Positions 1 through 9,503 of a stretch of 64,000 nt of DNA are shown here, in pieces; within the stretch, counting starts at the first letter, position 1, and each line of letters opens with the position of its first letter. The stretch spans positions 1-64,000 of the forward strand of contig JBFWRP010000001.1 of assembly GCA_050248855.1 (NCBI GenBank), written 5' to 3'. The notes beneath the pieces were generated by a model. The model was given only the letters and a program-made list of their open reading frames with translations. It was not told where the DNA came from and searched no databases. The stretch comes from Planctomycetota bacterium. GTDB lineage: Bacteria; Planctomycetota; PLA2; JAEUHO01. Position numbers and translations under genes: made by a program.

Positions 1-380
1 ATGCAAGCGCCCTCGATGTACGCTCGACTTTCTCCGTCCAGCGCGAAGTGGGGACGCTCACCTGGCTCGGTACGGTCTCGTCCTAGCCTCGGACGACTCC
101 CGACGCAAGCACCCTCGATGGACGCATGACCTTCGCCGTCCAGCGCGACGTGGGGATGCTCACCTGGCTCGGCACGGTCTCGTCCAAGCCACGGACGACT
201 CCCGATGCAAGCACCCTCGATGGACTCTCGACCTTCGCCGTCCAGCGCGACGTGGGGACGCTCACCTGGCTCGGTACGGTCTCGTCCACGCCACGGACGA
301 CTCCCGATGCAAGCGCCCTCGATGGACGCATGACCTTCGCCGTCCAGCGCGACGTGGGGACGCTCACCTGGCTCGATACG
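1..380. repeat. Tandem array of ~3.7 imperfect 102-bp units, truncated by the window start
   Basis: A(T/C)GCAAGC(G/A)CCCTCGATG recurs at 1, 103, 205 and 307. Core CCAGCGCGA(A/C)GTGGGGA(C/T)GCTCACCTGGCTCG(G/A)(T/C)ACG is at 38-74, 140-176, 242-278 and 344-380. The array ends 6 nt from the carbamoyltransferase stop codon. Confidence 0.95.
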
Positions 381-386
381 GACGCA

Positions 387-2165
387 TCATCGCCCGCGAC
401 GCAGGCGGTCGTTGACGCGCTTGACGAGGCGGCCCCAGGCGCGCTTGACGAGGATGTCCTCCTCGAGGACCAGGGCATCGAGGTCGGTGCGCAAGAAGGT
501 GTCCACGGCTTCGGCGGGCGACTCGACCATGGGCTCGCCGCGCAGGTTGAACGAGGTGTTGAGCAGCACGGGGATTCCCGTGCGGCGGTGGAAGGCCTCG
601 AGCAGGGCGTGGAAGCGTGGCGTGCGATCGGCGTGCACCGTCTGGACACGCGCCGTGCCATCGACGTGCACGATGGCGGGCACGAGCTCGCGCTTGTCCT
701 CGCGCACGGGGTGGGCCTCCAGCATGAACGGTGACTCGCCCACGCCGTCGAACCACGCGCGGGCGTGTTCGGCGAGCACGGCGGGCGCGAACGGGCGGAA
801 CGCCTGGCGGTGCTTCACGCGGGCATTCACGCGGTCGGTCATCCCGGGATCACGCGGGTCGGCCAGGATGCTGCGCTGCCCCAGCGCGCGCGGGCCGAAC
901 TCGGAGCCACCCTCGAACCAGCCCACGACGTTGCCGGTGGCCAGCAGCTCGGCCGTCTCCTCGGACACGTTGCGCGCGCGACGGACGGTGGCCGCCACCT
1001 TGAGCGTGCGATTGCCAAGGGCCCGCTCGAAGCTGGCGCGGGGGTAGCGGAGCCCCAGGGCGGCCGACCGCAGCTCGTGGCGCACGGTACGCCCGAGCAC
1101 GTGGTGCCAGCCGTAGAGCGCCGCGCCCAGCGCCGTCCCGTCGTCGCCGGCGGCGGGCTGGACCCAGAGGCGCTCGAACGGGCCGTCGCGCGCAATGCGT
1201 CCGTTGGCCACGCAGTTGAGCGTCACGCCACCCGCGAGGGCGAGATGGCGCTCGCCGGTCATCTCGGACAACCGACGTGCACGGCCCAGCAACACCTCCT
1301 CCGTGTCGTGCTGGACGCGCCGCGCCACGTCCTCCCAGTGGGCTCGGTCCGGCGAGCGCTCCCACGCGTCGTCGTCGCCACCCAGGAAGGGCCGGTCCCA
1401 GCTGCGCGGCCAGGGAGCCAAGACCAGGCGTTCGCCCTCCAAGCGCGCGAGGGGCTCGCCCGTCAGGCGGCCGTAGGGAGCAAGGCCCATCACCTCGCCG
1501 CACTTGTCCCAGTCGCCGAAGATGTACGTGCTGACCCGCGAGTAGAGCCCCCCCAGGCCCGGGGCCTGCTGGAACTCGTCGTTGACGAGCCCGCGAACGG
1601 GCTCGAGCCAGACCTTGCCCAGGCACGTCAGCGTCGTCCCCTCGAAGCGGTAGAAGGACTCCGACTCACGGGCCAGCGGCGAGACCGCCTTCGCGTCGGG
1701 AACCGCCTCGAGCACGTCGGCGCGATGGCTGCCGACGCCATCGGCCACCAGCACGACGCCGCGCTCGAAGGGCGAGCAGGCAAAGGCACTGTAGGCATGC
1801 GCCAGGTGGTGACTCACGTCCACGCAACGTGGCGGTCCCTTGCCGGCCCAGAGCGGCGAAGCGAGCGCCGTCTCGCGCTCGTGCGTGGGGAAGATGCGTG
1901 GCTGGTCCTCGTGGCGCAGGCGCTCCTCGAGCTCGGTCACCGGGAGCAGGTACGAGCAGCGGACGACGAGCTCCACGTCCTCGAGGCTGATCCCGGCCAC
2001 GAACAGGCAGTAGTCGACGGCGTCGCCGTAGAATCCGACATCGTGCTTGACGCGGCTCAGCCGCTCCTTGGCGATGGCCACCACGGGCTTGCCGTCGGCC
2101 AGGAGGCAGGCGCTGACGTCGTGGTCGAACGCGTTGACGCCCAGGATGTAGGTGGGGGACGGCAT
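387..2165 (-). CDS. Carbamoyltransferase (NodU/CmcH family)
   Basis: N-terminal YILG..HD.SACL; HHLAHAYSAF, DGVG, GEVMGLAPYG, LAGGVTLNCVANG, SEFGPRALGQRSIL, RPFAP, HVDGTARVQTV and LLNTSFN motifs. Confidence 0.93.
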   Translation of the reverse strand: MPSPTYILGVNAFDHDVSACLLADGKPVVAIAKERLSRVKHDVGFYGDAVDYCLFVAGISLEDVELVVRCSYLLPVTELEERLRHEDQPRIFPTHERETALASPLWAGKGPPRCVDVSHHLAHAYSAFACSPFERGVVLVADGVGSHRADVLEAVPDAKAVSPLARESESFYRFEGTTLTCLGKVWLEPVRGLVNDEFQQAPGLGGLYSRVSTYIFGDWDKCGEVMGLAPYGRLTGEPLARLEGERLVLAPWPRSWDRPFLGGDDDAWERSPDRAHWEDVARRVQHDTEEVLLGRARRLSEMTGERHLALAGGVTLNCVANGRIARDGPFERLWVQPAAGDDGTALGAALYGWHHVLGRTVRHELRSAALGLRYPRASFERALGNRTLKVAATVRRARNVSEETAELLATGNVVGWFEGGSEFGPRALGQRSILADPRDPGMTDRVNARVKHRQAFRPFAPAVLAEHARAWFDGVGESPFMLEAHPVREDKRELVPAIVHVDGTARVQTVHADRTPRFHALLEAFHRRTGIPVLLNTSFNLRGEPMVESPAEAVDTFLRTDLDALVLEEDILVKRAWGRLVKRVNDRLRRGR

Positions 2166-2871
2166 GGACGGCGAGGGTACGACGGGACGCCCGAAGTCTG
2201 AGCCCGCGCCTCCGCGCTTCGTCCCCCTGCCGCCCTATCCCCGCTGGGACGACGCCACGCGCGCCGAACGGGCGCGCGCCTTCCTGGCCACCATGGCCAC
2301 GCGGCGTACCGTCCGCGCTTTCGCACCCGACCCGGTCCCTGACGAGATCCTGCGCCCCTGCCTCGAGGCGGCGGGGACCGCGCCGAGCGGTGCGCACCAG
2401 CAGCCGTGGCACTTCGTCGTGATCCGCGACCCGGCGACCAAGAGGAGGATCCGCGAGGCCGCCGAACGCGAGGAAGAGGCCTTCTACGGCGGTCGTGCCC
2501 CCGAGGCCTGGCTGACGGCCCTGGCCCAGCTCGGCACGGATGCCCACAAGCCGTTCCTGGAGACGGCTCCGGTCTTGGTGGCCGTCTTCGAGGAAGCCTG
2601 GGTCGCGGCGCCCGACGGCACGCGGCTCCCGCGCTACTACAGCAAGGAGTCGGTCGGCTTGGCGACGGGCCTGCTGCTGGCGGCGCTCCACCACGCGGGC
2701 CTGGCCACGCTCACGCACACGCCGAGCCCCATGGGGTTCCTGCGCGAGATCCTCGGCCGCCCGGCCGGTGAGAAGGCCTTCGTACTGCTCGTCGTCGGCC
2801 ATCCCGCGCAGGGCGTTCAGGTGCCGGACCTCGTGCGAAAGCCCCTCGACGAGTTCGTCCACGAGGCGTAG
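2164..2871 (+). CDS. Nitroreductase-family flavoprotein, iodotyrosine deiodinase (IYD)-like
   Basis: RRTVRAF, AGTAPSGAHQQPWHFVVI, EEAFY, LGTD.HKPFLETAP, ESVG.ATG.L and TLTHTPSPMGFL motifs typical of bacterial IYD. Start is uncertain (2152 GTG, 2164 ATG or 2293 ATG). Confidence 0.88.
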   Translation: MDGEGTTGRPKSEPAPPRFVPLPPYPRWDDATRAERARAFLATMATRRTVRAFAPDPVPDEILRPCLEAAGTAPSGAHQQPWHFVVIRDPATKRRIREAAEREEEAFYGGRAPEAWLTALAQLGTDAHKPFLETAPVLVAVFEEAWVAAPDGTRLPRYYSKESVGLATGLLLAALHHAGLATLTHTPSPMGFLREILGRPAGEKAFVLLVVGHPAQGVQVPDLVRKPLDEFVHEA

Positions 2872-2936
2872 GCACGCGACCTACGACGACTACCGCACGA
2901 CGCCTCCCTCCGACCCGTCGACTGCCTCCGTACCCG

Positions 2937-5900
2937 CTACCTCTCGCTGCGGTACACGGGCTCGACCTTCGGACGTGCGTCCCACACGGCGAGGTCCTCG
3001 AGCAACGCATCGACCGCGGCGTCGCGCTGCGGATCCCGGCCCGCATCCTCGTCCATGGGCGTCATCTCGACACGGATGTCGGGCACGGCGCCGCGCAGCT
3101 CCATGTCCGCGCCGTCCTCGATCCCGAACCAGCCGCGGCCCGGGAGGCGGAGCGTGGCGCCGCCCCTGAGGCGCGTCGCGCCCGTGCTGATCACGCCGCC
3201 GGCCGTGGCCACGCCCACGAGGCGCCCGCGGCCCAAGGCCTTGATCGCGTGCGAGAAGATCTCGGCGTTGCTGAAGCTGTTCTGGTTGCAGAGCACGACG
3301 ATGGGCTTGGTCCAGCGGGCATAGACCATGCGTCCCTGCGGGTAGCCGGCCTGGCCGCCGCGCGGGACGGTGAAGGCGTGGACCGGCTGGCTCAGGCACG
3401 TCAGGAGGTGGTCGGCGGTAAACCCTCCGCCGTTCTCGCGCACGTCGATGATCAGCCCGTCCTTGCCATGGCCGACCTTGTAGAGCTCCTGCTCGAAGCG
3501 CTCGAAGCTGGGCCAGTCCATGCCGCGCACGTGCAGGTAGCCGATGCGACCGCCGGAGCGCTCGTCGACCGCAGCCTGGGTCCTCTCCAGGGTGTGCTGG
3601 TAGAGGAGACCGCGAATCGTCGCGTAGGACATGGGGCGTAGCGTCACGTCGCGCGTGACGTCGTCCTTGCCGAGCACGCGCAGGCGTACGTCCCGCTCCA
3701 TGACGCCCGTCAACAACCGGCCCACGTCGGTGTGGGCCGAGAGCGGATGGCCGTCGATCGAGAGCACGCGTTCGCCGGGCCGCACGCGGCCGGCCTCGGT
3801 CTCGGCGGGGCTGCCGCGCACGACGTCACGGACGAGCAAGCCCTCACCACCCGCGGAACGATCGAAGAGCAGGCCCAGATGACCCGTGAGGGGTCGCCAT
3901 CCCTCGGGGCGATAGCCGGGGGCACGCCAGCTGAAGCCCAGATGGGAGGCGTTCAGCTCGCCCAGCATCATCTCCACGACCTGCTCCAGCTCGTCGTGCG
4001 TACGGGTCCAGGCGGCGGCGTCGATGTAGCGGGAACGCATCGCCGCCCAGTCCGTGCCGCCCATGCGCGGGTCGTAGAACGTGTCGCGCATCCAGCGCCA
4101 CGCCTCGTCGAAGATCACGCGATGCCAGGCGCCCACGTCGCGCTCGGCCCAGGTGCGGAAGGCATAGGACGTGGCCTTGCCGCGCTCGTCGACGCGCACC
4201 GGCTTGCCGCCGTCGAGCCAGACCAGGGCCTTGGGCTCGGCGAGCCAGCGGGCACCGCGGCCGGGGGCGCCCGCCAGCCTCGAGGGCTCGAGCTTGTCGG
4301 GGAACGTGATGGTGTAGAGGCCGTCCTGGCCCTTGACGCTGGCGCGGAAGGCCAGCCGCTTGCCGTCCGGGGACCACAGCAGGTTGCCTTCCGTGCTGTC
4401 GGGCACGGAGATGCGCTGGAGGCGGTCGGCCAGGCCTTCGAAGTCGATCTCGACGGGCTTCTCGTCGTCCTTCTTGGCTTTCTCGGCGCCGTCCTTCCCC
4501 TCCTTCGGGTCCTTCTCGGCCTCCTCGGCGGGTTCGTCCTTCGCGGGCGCGGGTGCCTCGCCAGCCGCGGCCTCCCGCTCCAGCCGGAACGTGCCGGCCA
4601 TGAGCCCCTCGATGTTCCACGTCCCCTCGATGCGGGTGCCCTCGAGCTTGCCGTCGGCCACCAGCGCGCCCGTGGGCGTGGTGCCCTCCAAGTGCACGGC
4701 GCCCGTCGCGGCCGTCCACTCGATCCGCGTGAGCGTGGCGTCGATCTGCCCGGGCACCGAGAGCGATCCGGACAGGCTCCCTGCGTCGTCGGCCGTGACG
4801 ACGAGGACGAGGGAGAGCCCGGTCGGCGGGATGGGGGCGGGACCCTCGGCGGTGCCGGTCCAGCGACCCACCAGCGGGGATGCCCCGGCCTGATGCTCGG
4901 CGGGAGCGGGGGGCTGCTTCTTCGGTGCAGGCGTGGCGCCCGGTTCCTTCGCACCCTTCGCCTTGCGCCCCTTCATCGCCTCCAGCGCCTTCTCCATGCG
5001 CCGGTCGCGCTCCGTTTCCTCCGAGAGGCCCTTGGTCAGGCTGACCACGACGAGGTCGGCCTCCTCGCCCCAGCGCCGTCCGACGAAGGCAAGTCGGTGG
5101 CCGTCGGGACTGAACGCAGGCTCGCCGTCGTGGTCGGGGTGGCGGCTCACGTTGTAGGGCGTGGCGTTCTCGTCGTCGGCCGCGCGGATCCAGACGTCGC
5201 GGTTGAAGTCGGCGTCGTCCACCGCGTAGGCGATCCAGCGGCCGTCCCGCGAGAGGCTGAAGTCCGGTTCGTCCCAGCCCGTGAGGAGGCGCTTGGGCGA
5301 GGCCCCGGCGAGATCGCGCCACCAGACCTCGCCGGCGCCGCGCACATACACGAGGTGCTTGCCGTCGGGTGCGATCTCGAGGCGATGCTCGACGGCGTCG
5401 TCCTCGGTGATGCGGTCGACCTTGAACGAGGTCTGGCGCCAGAAGGGCTGGCTCTCGTCGGACCGACGCGCACGCCAGATGTCGACCTGGCCCCCGGCCG
5501 CGCTCGTGAACCACAGCGTGGCGTGGTCCGGGCTGAACACGGGCGAGGCCTCGGTCTCGGGCGTACCCGTGATGCGGACCGGCTCGCGCAGCTCGGTGTC
5601 CATGACGTAGAGGTCGCCGTCCAGGACCAACGCGATCTCGCGCGCGTCGTCCGTGAAGGCAGCCTCGTCCGCCGACGTCAACGTCAGGCGCTCCACGGGG
5701 TCCACCAGCGGCGGGCCTTCGTAGACCAGGGGCAGGGGCCGCGCCTCGAGCGACCCCTCCGGCGCCGTCGCCGCGTGGGTCAAGTCCACGCGAAGCAGGT
5801 CCATGCCCACCCGCACGACGGCAACCGGTGCATCGCGCGCCACGGAGAGCGTCAGGACGCCCTGGTCGTCGAAGGACGTGAGGCGGCGCGGAGCTCCGGT

Positions 5901-6677
5901 CGCGGGATCCACGCGCCACAGGTTGAACGTGCCGTTCTCCTGGCTCGCCACGAGGAGCGCCTTGCCGCCCTCGATCCAGACCGGCCAGCGATCCCCGCGG
6001 TCGTGCTGCGTCAACGGTCGGTGGACGTCGGTGCCCAGGTCGTGGACCCACAGGTGGCTTGCGCCATCGCCGTGATAGCCCTTGCGCCAAAGGGGCGCGC
6101 CTTCCCGCGTGTAGGCGAGCTGCTTGCCGTCGGGGGACACGCGACCGACGTTGGCACGCGCGTCGAAGACGAGCTCGGCGCGCCCGTCGGGGTCCACGGG
6201 CTGCCGGCAGAAGCGGCGCGCGTCGTACCACTCGTGGTCGCGCACGACCCGCGTGAGCAAGGCCGATCCGTCCGGCCAGCAGTCGTAGGCGCGCGAGCCC
6301 TCCGTGTGGAAGGTCAGCTGCTCGGGGCGCCCTCCGCTCCACGGCAGGCGCCAGACCTGCTCGTCCCCCGTGCGGTCGCTCGTGAACCAGATCGAGGCGC
6401 CGTCGGGCGAGATCACCGGACGGGTGTCCTCGGCGGCGTGGAACGTGAGCCGCTCGACGCGCCCGCCTTCGATGGGCGCGCGCCACAAGTCACCGCGCCA
6501 CGCCACCACGACCTGCTTGCCGTCGGGCGACACGTCGTGCAGGAGCACGAAGCGCACGTGTTCGGGCTGGTCGGGCGCGGCCGGGGCCGACCGGGGTGCC
6601 AGCACCAGGAGGGCCAGCAGGGCGCACGCCATCCGCGTACCCGTCCAGCCGGTCGATCCCTCGTGCATCCGACGCAT
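2937..6677 (-). CDS. Tricorn-like S41 family periplasmic protease (PD40 beta-propellers, PDZ, S41 catalytic domain)
   Basis: Signal peptide; many SPDG repeats; MLGELNASHLG; PDZ segment (VVRGSPA...PGERVLSIDG); IGYLHVRGM, IIDVRENGGG, SFSNAEIF and G.LVG..TAGGVIS. An AGGAGGT SD at 6681-6687 supports a start at 6677 or 6668. Confidence 0.92.
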   Translation of the reverse strand: MRRMHEGSTGWTGTRMACALLALLVLAPRSAPAAPDQPEHVRFVLLHDVSPDGKQVVVAWRGDLWRAPIEGGRVERLTFHAAEDTRPVISPDGASIWFTSDRTGDEQVWRLPWSGGRPEQLTFHTEGSRAYDCWPDGSALLTRVVRDHEWYDARRFCRQPVDPDGRAELVFDARANVGRVSPDGKQLAYTREGAPLWRKGYHGDGASHLWVHDLGTDVHRPLTQHDRGDRWPVWIEGGKALLVASQENGTFNLWRVDPATGAPRRLTSFDDQGVLTLSVARDAPVAVVRVGMDLLRVDLTHAATAPEGSLEARPLPLVYEGPPLVDPVERLTLTSADEAAFTDDAREIALVLDGDLYVMDTELREPVRITGTPETEASPVFSPDHATLWFTSAAGGQVDIWRARRSDESQPFWRQTSFKVDRITEDDAVEHRLEIAPDGKHLVYVRGAGEVWWRDLAGASPKRLLTGWDEPDFSLSRDGRWIAYAVDDADFNRDVWIRAADDENATPYNVSRHPDHDGEPAFSPDGHRLAFVGRRWGEEADLVVVSLTKGLSEETERDRRMEKALEAMKGRKAKGAKEPGATPAPKKQPPAPAEHQAGASPLVGRWTGTAEGPAPIPPTGLSLVLVVTADDAGSLSGSLSVPGQIDATLTRIEWTAATGAVHLEGTTPTGALVADGKLEGTRIEGTWNIEGLMAGTFRLEREAAAGEAPAPAKDEPAEEAEKDPKEGKDGAEKAKKDDEKPVEIDFEGLADRLQRISVPDSTEGNLLWSPDGKRLAFRASVKGQDGLYTITFPDKLEPSRLAGAPGRGARWLAEPKALVWLDGGKPVRVDERGKATSYAFRTWAERDVGAWHRVIFDEAWRWMRDTFYDPRMGGTDWAAMRSRYIDAAAWTRTHDELEQVVEMMLGELNASHLGFSWRAPGYRPEGWRPLTGHLGLLFDRSAGGEGLLVRDVVRGSPAETEAGRVRPGERVLSIDGHPLSAHTDVGRLLTGVMERDVRLRVLGKDDVTRDVTLRPMSYATIRGLLYQHTLERTQAAVDERSGGRIGYLHVRGMDWPSFERFEQELYKVGHGKDGLIIDVRENGGGFTADHLLTCLSQPVHAFTVPRGGQAGYPQGRMVYARWTKPIVVLCNQNSFSNAEIFSHAIKALGRGRLVGVATAGGVISTGATRLRGGATLRLPGRGWFGIEDGADMELRGAVPDIRVEMTPMDEDAGRDPQRDAAVDALLEDLAVWDARPKVEPVYRSER

Positions 6678-6801
6678 GCCACCTCCTGGCCCCGTCGCGC
6701 CTCCCGGCGGCGCTGGGGAGGGGCAGGGTATCCGCATCGACCCGCCCCCGGACGTTGCGGCATGGGGGGCGGCGGCCGCCGCAGAAGGCCACGTGGCAGC
6801 G

Positions 6802-7587
6802 TCAGCTGGAGGCGGAGGCGTAGGCGCGGAGCGCGAGGCGCCAGGCCAGCGCCAGCACCAGGTACGCCACGGTCGTCGTCAGGACGATGTGCAGGGCCGG
6901 CCCGAGGAAGTCGGGGCCCAGCAGGGCCCGCACGGGGAAGGAGACGAGGACGGCGAACGGCAACACGACGGTGAGCAGGCGCCGGACCCAGCCGCGGTAG
7001 ATGACGTCGGGGCGCGCCATGTACTGGCCGAGACCCATGAACAGGTCGCGCAGGCCCGCGGCGTTGTGCATCCAGATCACGGGCAGCAGGAACAACACGT
7101 TCAGCGCGTGGTGGAGGAGGCTGCACACGAGCAGGAGGCCCACGAACCCCAGGAGACGTAGCGCGTCGAGATCGGCCGGATGCGCCGAGATCATCCACGC
7201 GAGCACCCCGATGGCGAGCACGAGGTTGAAGAACGAGTTGGCGGCGAACTCCCGCACGCTCAGGAAGAACAGCGAGGAGACCGGGCGCACGAGGTGGAAG
7301 TCCAGGTCGCCGCGGTTCACCTGGATGGGGAACCACCACATGTTCGTCGCGAACACGGTCATGTGGAACGCGTCCATGACGAACACGGCGCCGATGAAGA
7401 CCCGTACGTCGGCGGGCGCCATGCCGAGCAGCGTCGGCGTCCTCAGGAACAGGATCTCGAAGAAGGCCAGCTGGTAGGCGTACCAGATCACGTCCATGCC
7501 GAAGCGGAAGAAGAAGTCGACGCGGAACTCCATGGCCCGCATGAAGGCGAAACGGACGAACGCGGCGTAGAGGCGTGCGTACCGCAT
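6802..7587 (-). CDS. ABC-2 type transporter permease (DUF990-like)
   Basis: MEFRVDF, V.RGDLDF.LVRPV and P..IY.GW motifs; about 6 TM segments; start overlaps the upstream stop codon. Confidence 0.88.
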   Translation of the reverse strand: MRYARLYAAFVRFAFMRAMEFRVDFFFRFGMDVIWYAYQLAFFEILFLRTPTLLGMAPADVRVFIGAVFVMDAFHMTVFATNMWWFPIQVNRGDLDFHLVRPVSSLFFLSVREFAANSFFNLVLAIGVLAWMISAHPADLDALRLLGFVGLLLVCSLLHHALNVLFLLPVIWMHNAAGLRDLFMGLGQYMARPDVIYRGWVRRLLTVVLPFAVLVSFPVRALLGPDFLGPALHIVLTTTVAYLVLALAWRLALRAYASASS

Positions 7588-8399
7588 CACATGCCCACGC
7601 CGGTGTACCGGAGACTGCCTCGCCGCCATACCCAGGCGCCGAGTCGCTGCACGATCACGCACCAGACCAGGGCCACGACCATGTGGCGGGCCCAGGTCGC
7701 CGGGTCCAGACGTCCGAGCAGGGTCTCGGCCGGCACGCCGAACAGGATGGGAAAGGGCGTGAAGGCCAGCAGGTCCTGCGCCCAGTCGGGGAACAACGCC
7801 AGCGGGATCATCATCCCGCCCAGGAGGCTCGTCACGAAGCGCAGCGTGACCGACAGGCTCCAGACGTTGTCGGCCCAGAACGCGACGAGCTCGAGGGGGT
7901 AGCCGAGCAGGAAGTAGAGGACATGGCCCAACGCCATGGCGGCGATCGCGCCCAGGACGCCGAAGGGCGTGATGTGGATGTCGGCGGGTCGGCCGACGAT
8001 GGCCAGGAACAGCCCGCAGAAGAGCGCCAGCTGGACGAGCGCAGGAACCAGGTTGCCGACGGACTGGGCGTACTTGAAGGGCTGGTAGGCGACGGGAAAC
8101 ACGAGGTAGCGGTTGAGCCCCCCTTCGTAGATCTCGTTGCTGATCGTCGTGTCGAGGTCGCCGCCGCGCACGATGCGCCCCAGCAGGACCACCACGACCA
8201 TGTAGAGCAGCATCGCGTCCAGCGACCAGCCGCGGATCTCCGCGCCGCCCGCCGAGGCGTAGACGGCCGTCCAGACGCACCACGCGAGGCCGAACGTGGT
8301 CACGAACCCCGAAGTGCTGCTGATCCAGAAATCGGCCCGGTAGGCGAGGCTACGGCGCACCTGCTGGGCCGTCACGGCGAGGAACAGGCGCGGGCTCAT
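7587..8399 (-). CDS. ABC-2 type transporter permease (DUF990-like)
   Basis: LAYRADF, I..EI..G.L..YL..P and LLGG.MIPL.LFP.W motifs; C-terminal YTGVGM; translationally coupled on both sides. Confidence 0.88.
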   Translation of the reverse strand: MSPRLFLAVTAQQVRRSLAYRADFWISSTSGFVTTFGLAWCVWTAVYASAGGAEIRGWSLDAMLLYMVVVVLLGRIVRGGDLDTTISNEIYEGGLNRYLVFPVAYQPFKYAQSVGNLVPALVQLALFCGLFLAIVGRPADIHITPFGVLGAIAAMALGHVLYFLLGYPLELVAFWADNVWSLSVTLRFVTSLLGGMMIPLALFPDWAQDLLAFTPFPILFGVPAETLLGRLDPATWARHMVVALVWCVIVQRLGAWVWRRGSLRYTGVGM

Positions 8400-9400
8400 G
8401 CGTCGTCGCCGGTGCGGCCCTGGTAGATGCGCTCGATGACCGTGCCGATGTCCTCCTCGTGGATGGCCAAATCGTTGACCGCGAGTCGCGTGAGCAGGAG
8501 CTGGGCGGCCTGGGCCACCCGGGCCCGCGGAACGCTCACCGTGACGACGTCGGGCGTACAGGCCAACACGTCGCCCAGCTCCTCGGGCCATGCGCCCAGG
8601 TCGGCGGCCGGGTCCGCGCCCGCAGGGACGGTGCGGTGCGCGGTGATGCGCTTGGTCTTCGCGTACCGCGCATGGATCTCGCGGAGCGGCCCGTCGAACA
8701 CGATGCGGCCCTCGCGCAGGATCACGATCCGTGGGCACAGCCGCTCGATGTCCTCCATGTAGTGGCTGGTCAGGATCACCGCCGGCTGGACGCGGCGCTG
8801 GTAGTCGAGGAGGAACTCGCGGATGGCGCGCTGGGCCGTGAGGTCCAGACCGATCGTCGGCTCGTCCAGGAACACGACGTCCGGACGATGGAGCAAGGCC
8901 GCGACGAGCTCCATGCGCATGCGCTCGCCCAGGCTGAGGCGCCGCACGGGGACCGTCAGGTAGGGGCCCACGGCGAGGGCCTCGACGAGCTCGTCGAGCG
9001 TCGCGCGGTAGCGCTGCGGCGGGATGCGGTAGATCTCCCGCAGCAGGTCGAAGCTGTCGGCCGCCGGCAGGTCCCACCACAGCTGCTGCTTCTGGCCCAT
9101 GACCAGGGCGATGCGGCTGCGGTAGGCGTTCTCGCGCTTCCACGGCTCGTGGCCCAGCACGTGGATCTGACCGGCGGTGGGATGCACGATGCCCGCGAGC
9201 ATCTTGACCACCGTCGTCTTCCCGGCGCCGTTGGGTCCCACGAGGCCCACGATCTCCCCGGCCGCCACGTCGAACGAGACGTCCGCCACGGCGTGCTTCT
9301 CGAGGGTGTCGCGCTTGAACAGGCCACGCAGGGAACCCCACAGGCCGGGGGCCTTGCGGTGGGTCCGGTAGGTCTTGGCGAGGCCCCGCACCTCGATCAC
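8396..9400 (-). CDS. ABC transporter ATP-binding protein
   Basis: Walker A GPNGAGKTT, signature LSLGERMR, Walker B VFLDEPTIGLD, TSHYMED; GTG start preceded by GGGAGG. Confidence 0.93.
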   Translation of the reverse strand: MIEVRGLAKTYRTHRKAPGLWGSLRGLFKRDTLEKHAVADVSFDVAAGEIVGLVGPNGAGKTTVVKMLAGIVHPTAGQIHVLGHEPWKRENAYRSRIALVMGQKQQLWWDLPAADSFDLLREIYRIPPQRYRATLDELVEALAVGPYLTVPVRRLSLGERMRMELVAALLHRPDVVFLDEPTIGLDLTAQRAIREFLLDYQRRVQPAVILTSHYMEDIERLCPRIVILREGRIVFDGPLREIHARYAKTKRITAHRTVPAGADPAADLGAWPEELGDVLACTPDVVTVSVPRARVAQAAQLLLTRLAVNDLAIHEEDIGTVIERIYQGRTGDDA

Positions 9401-9503
9401 GGACACCCTCCCTGCGCACGCCCGCCGCGTGCACGCCTTCCGCGCGCGACCTCCCGGCGACGGTGCGTGGTACCGTGCCGGGACGTCCCAGGAGGATACG
9501 GGA

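Noticed and set aside
1..380. CRISPR array interpretation of the 102-bp repeats
   Set aside because: Sequences between cores are near-identical rather than unique spacers, and no cas genes are in the window.
83..734. ORFs 126..734 (+) and 83..661 (-) with 34-aa repeats
   Set aside because: They arise from the 102-bp period and overlap the carbamoyltransferase. The first unit has an in-frame TAG on plus, and the related 91-bp array is not a multiple of 3.
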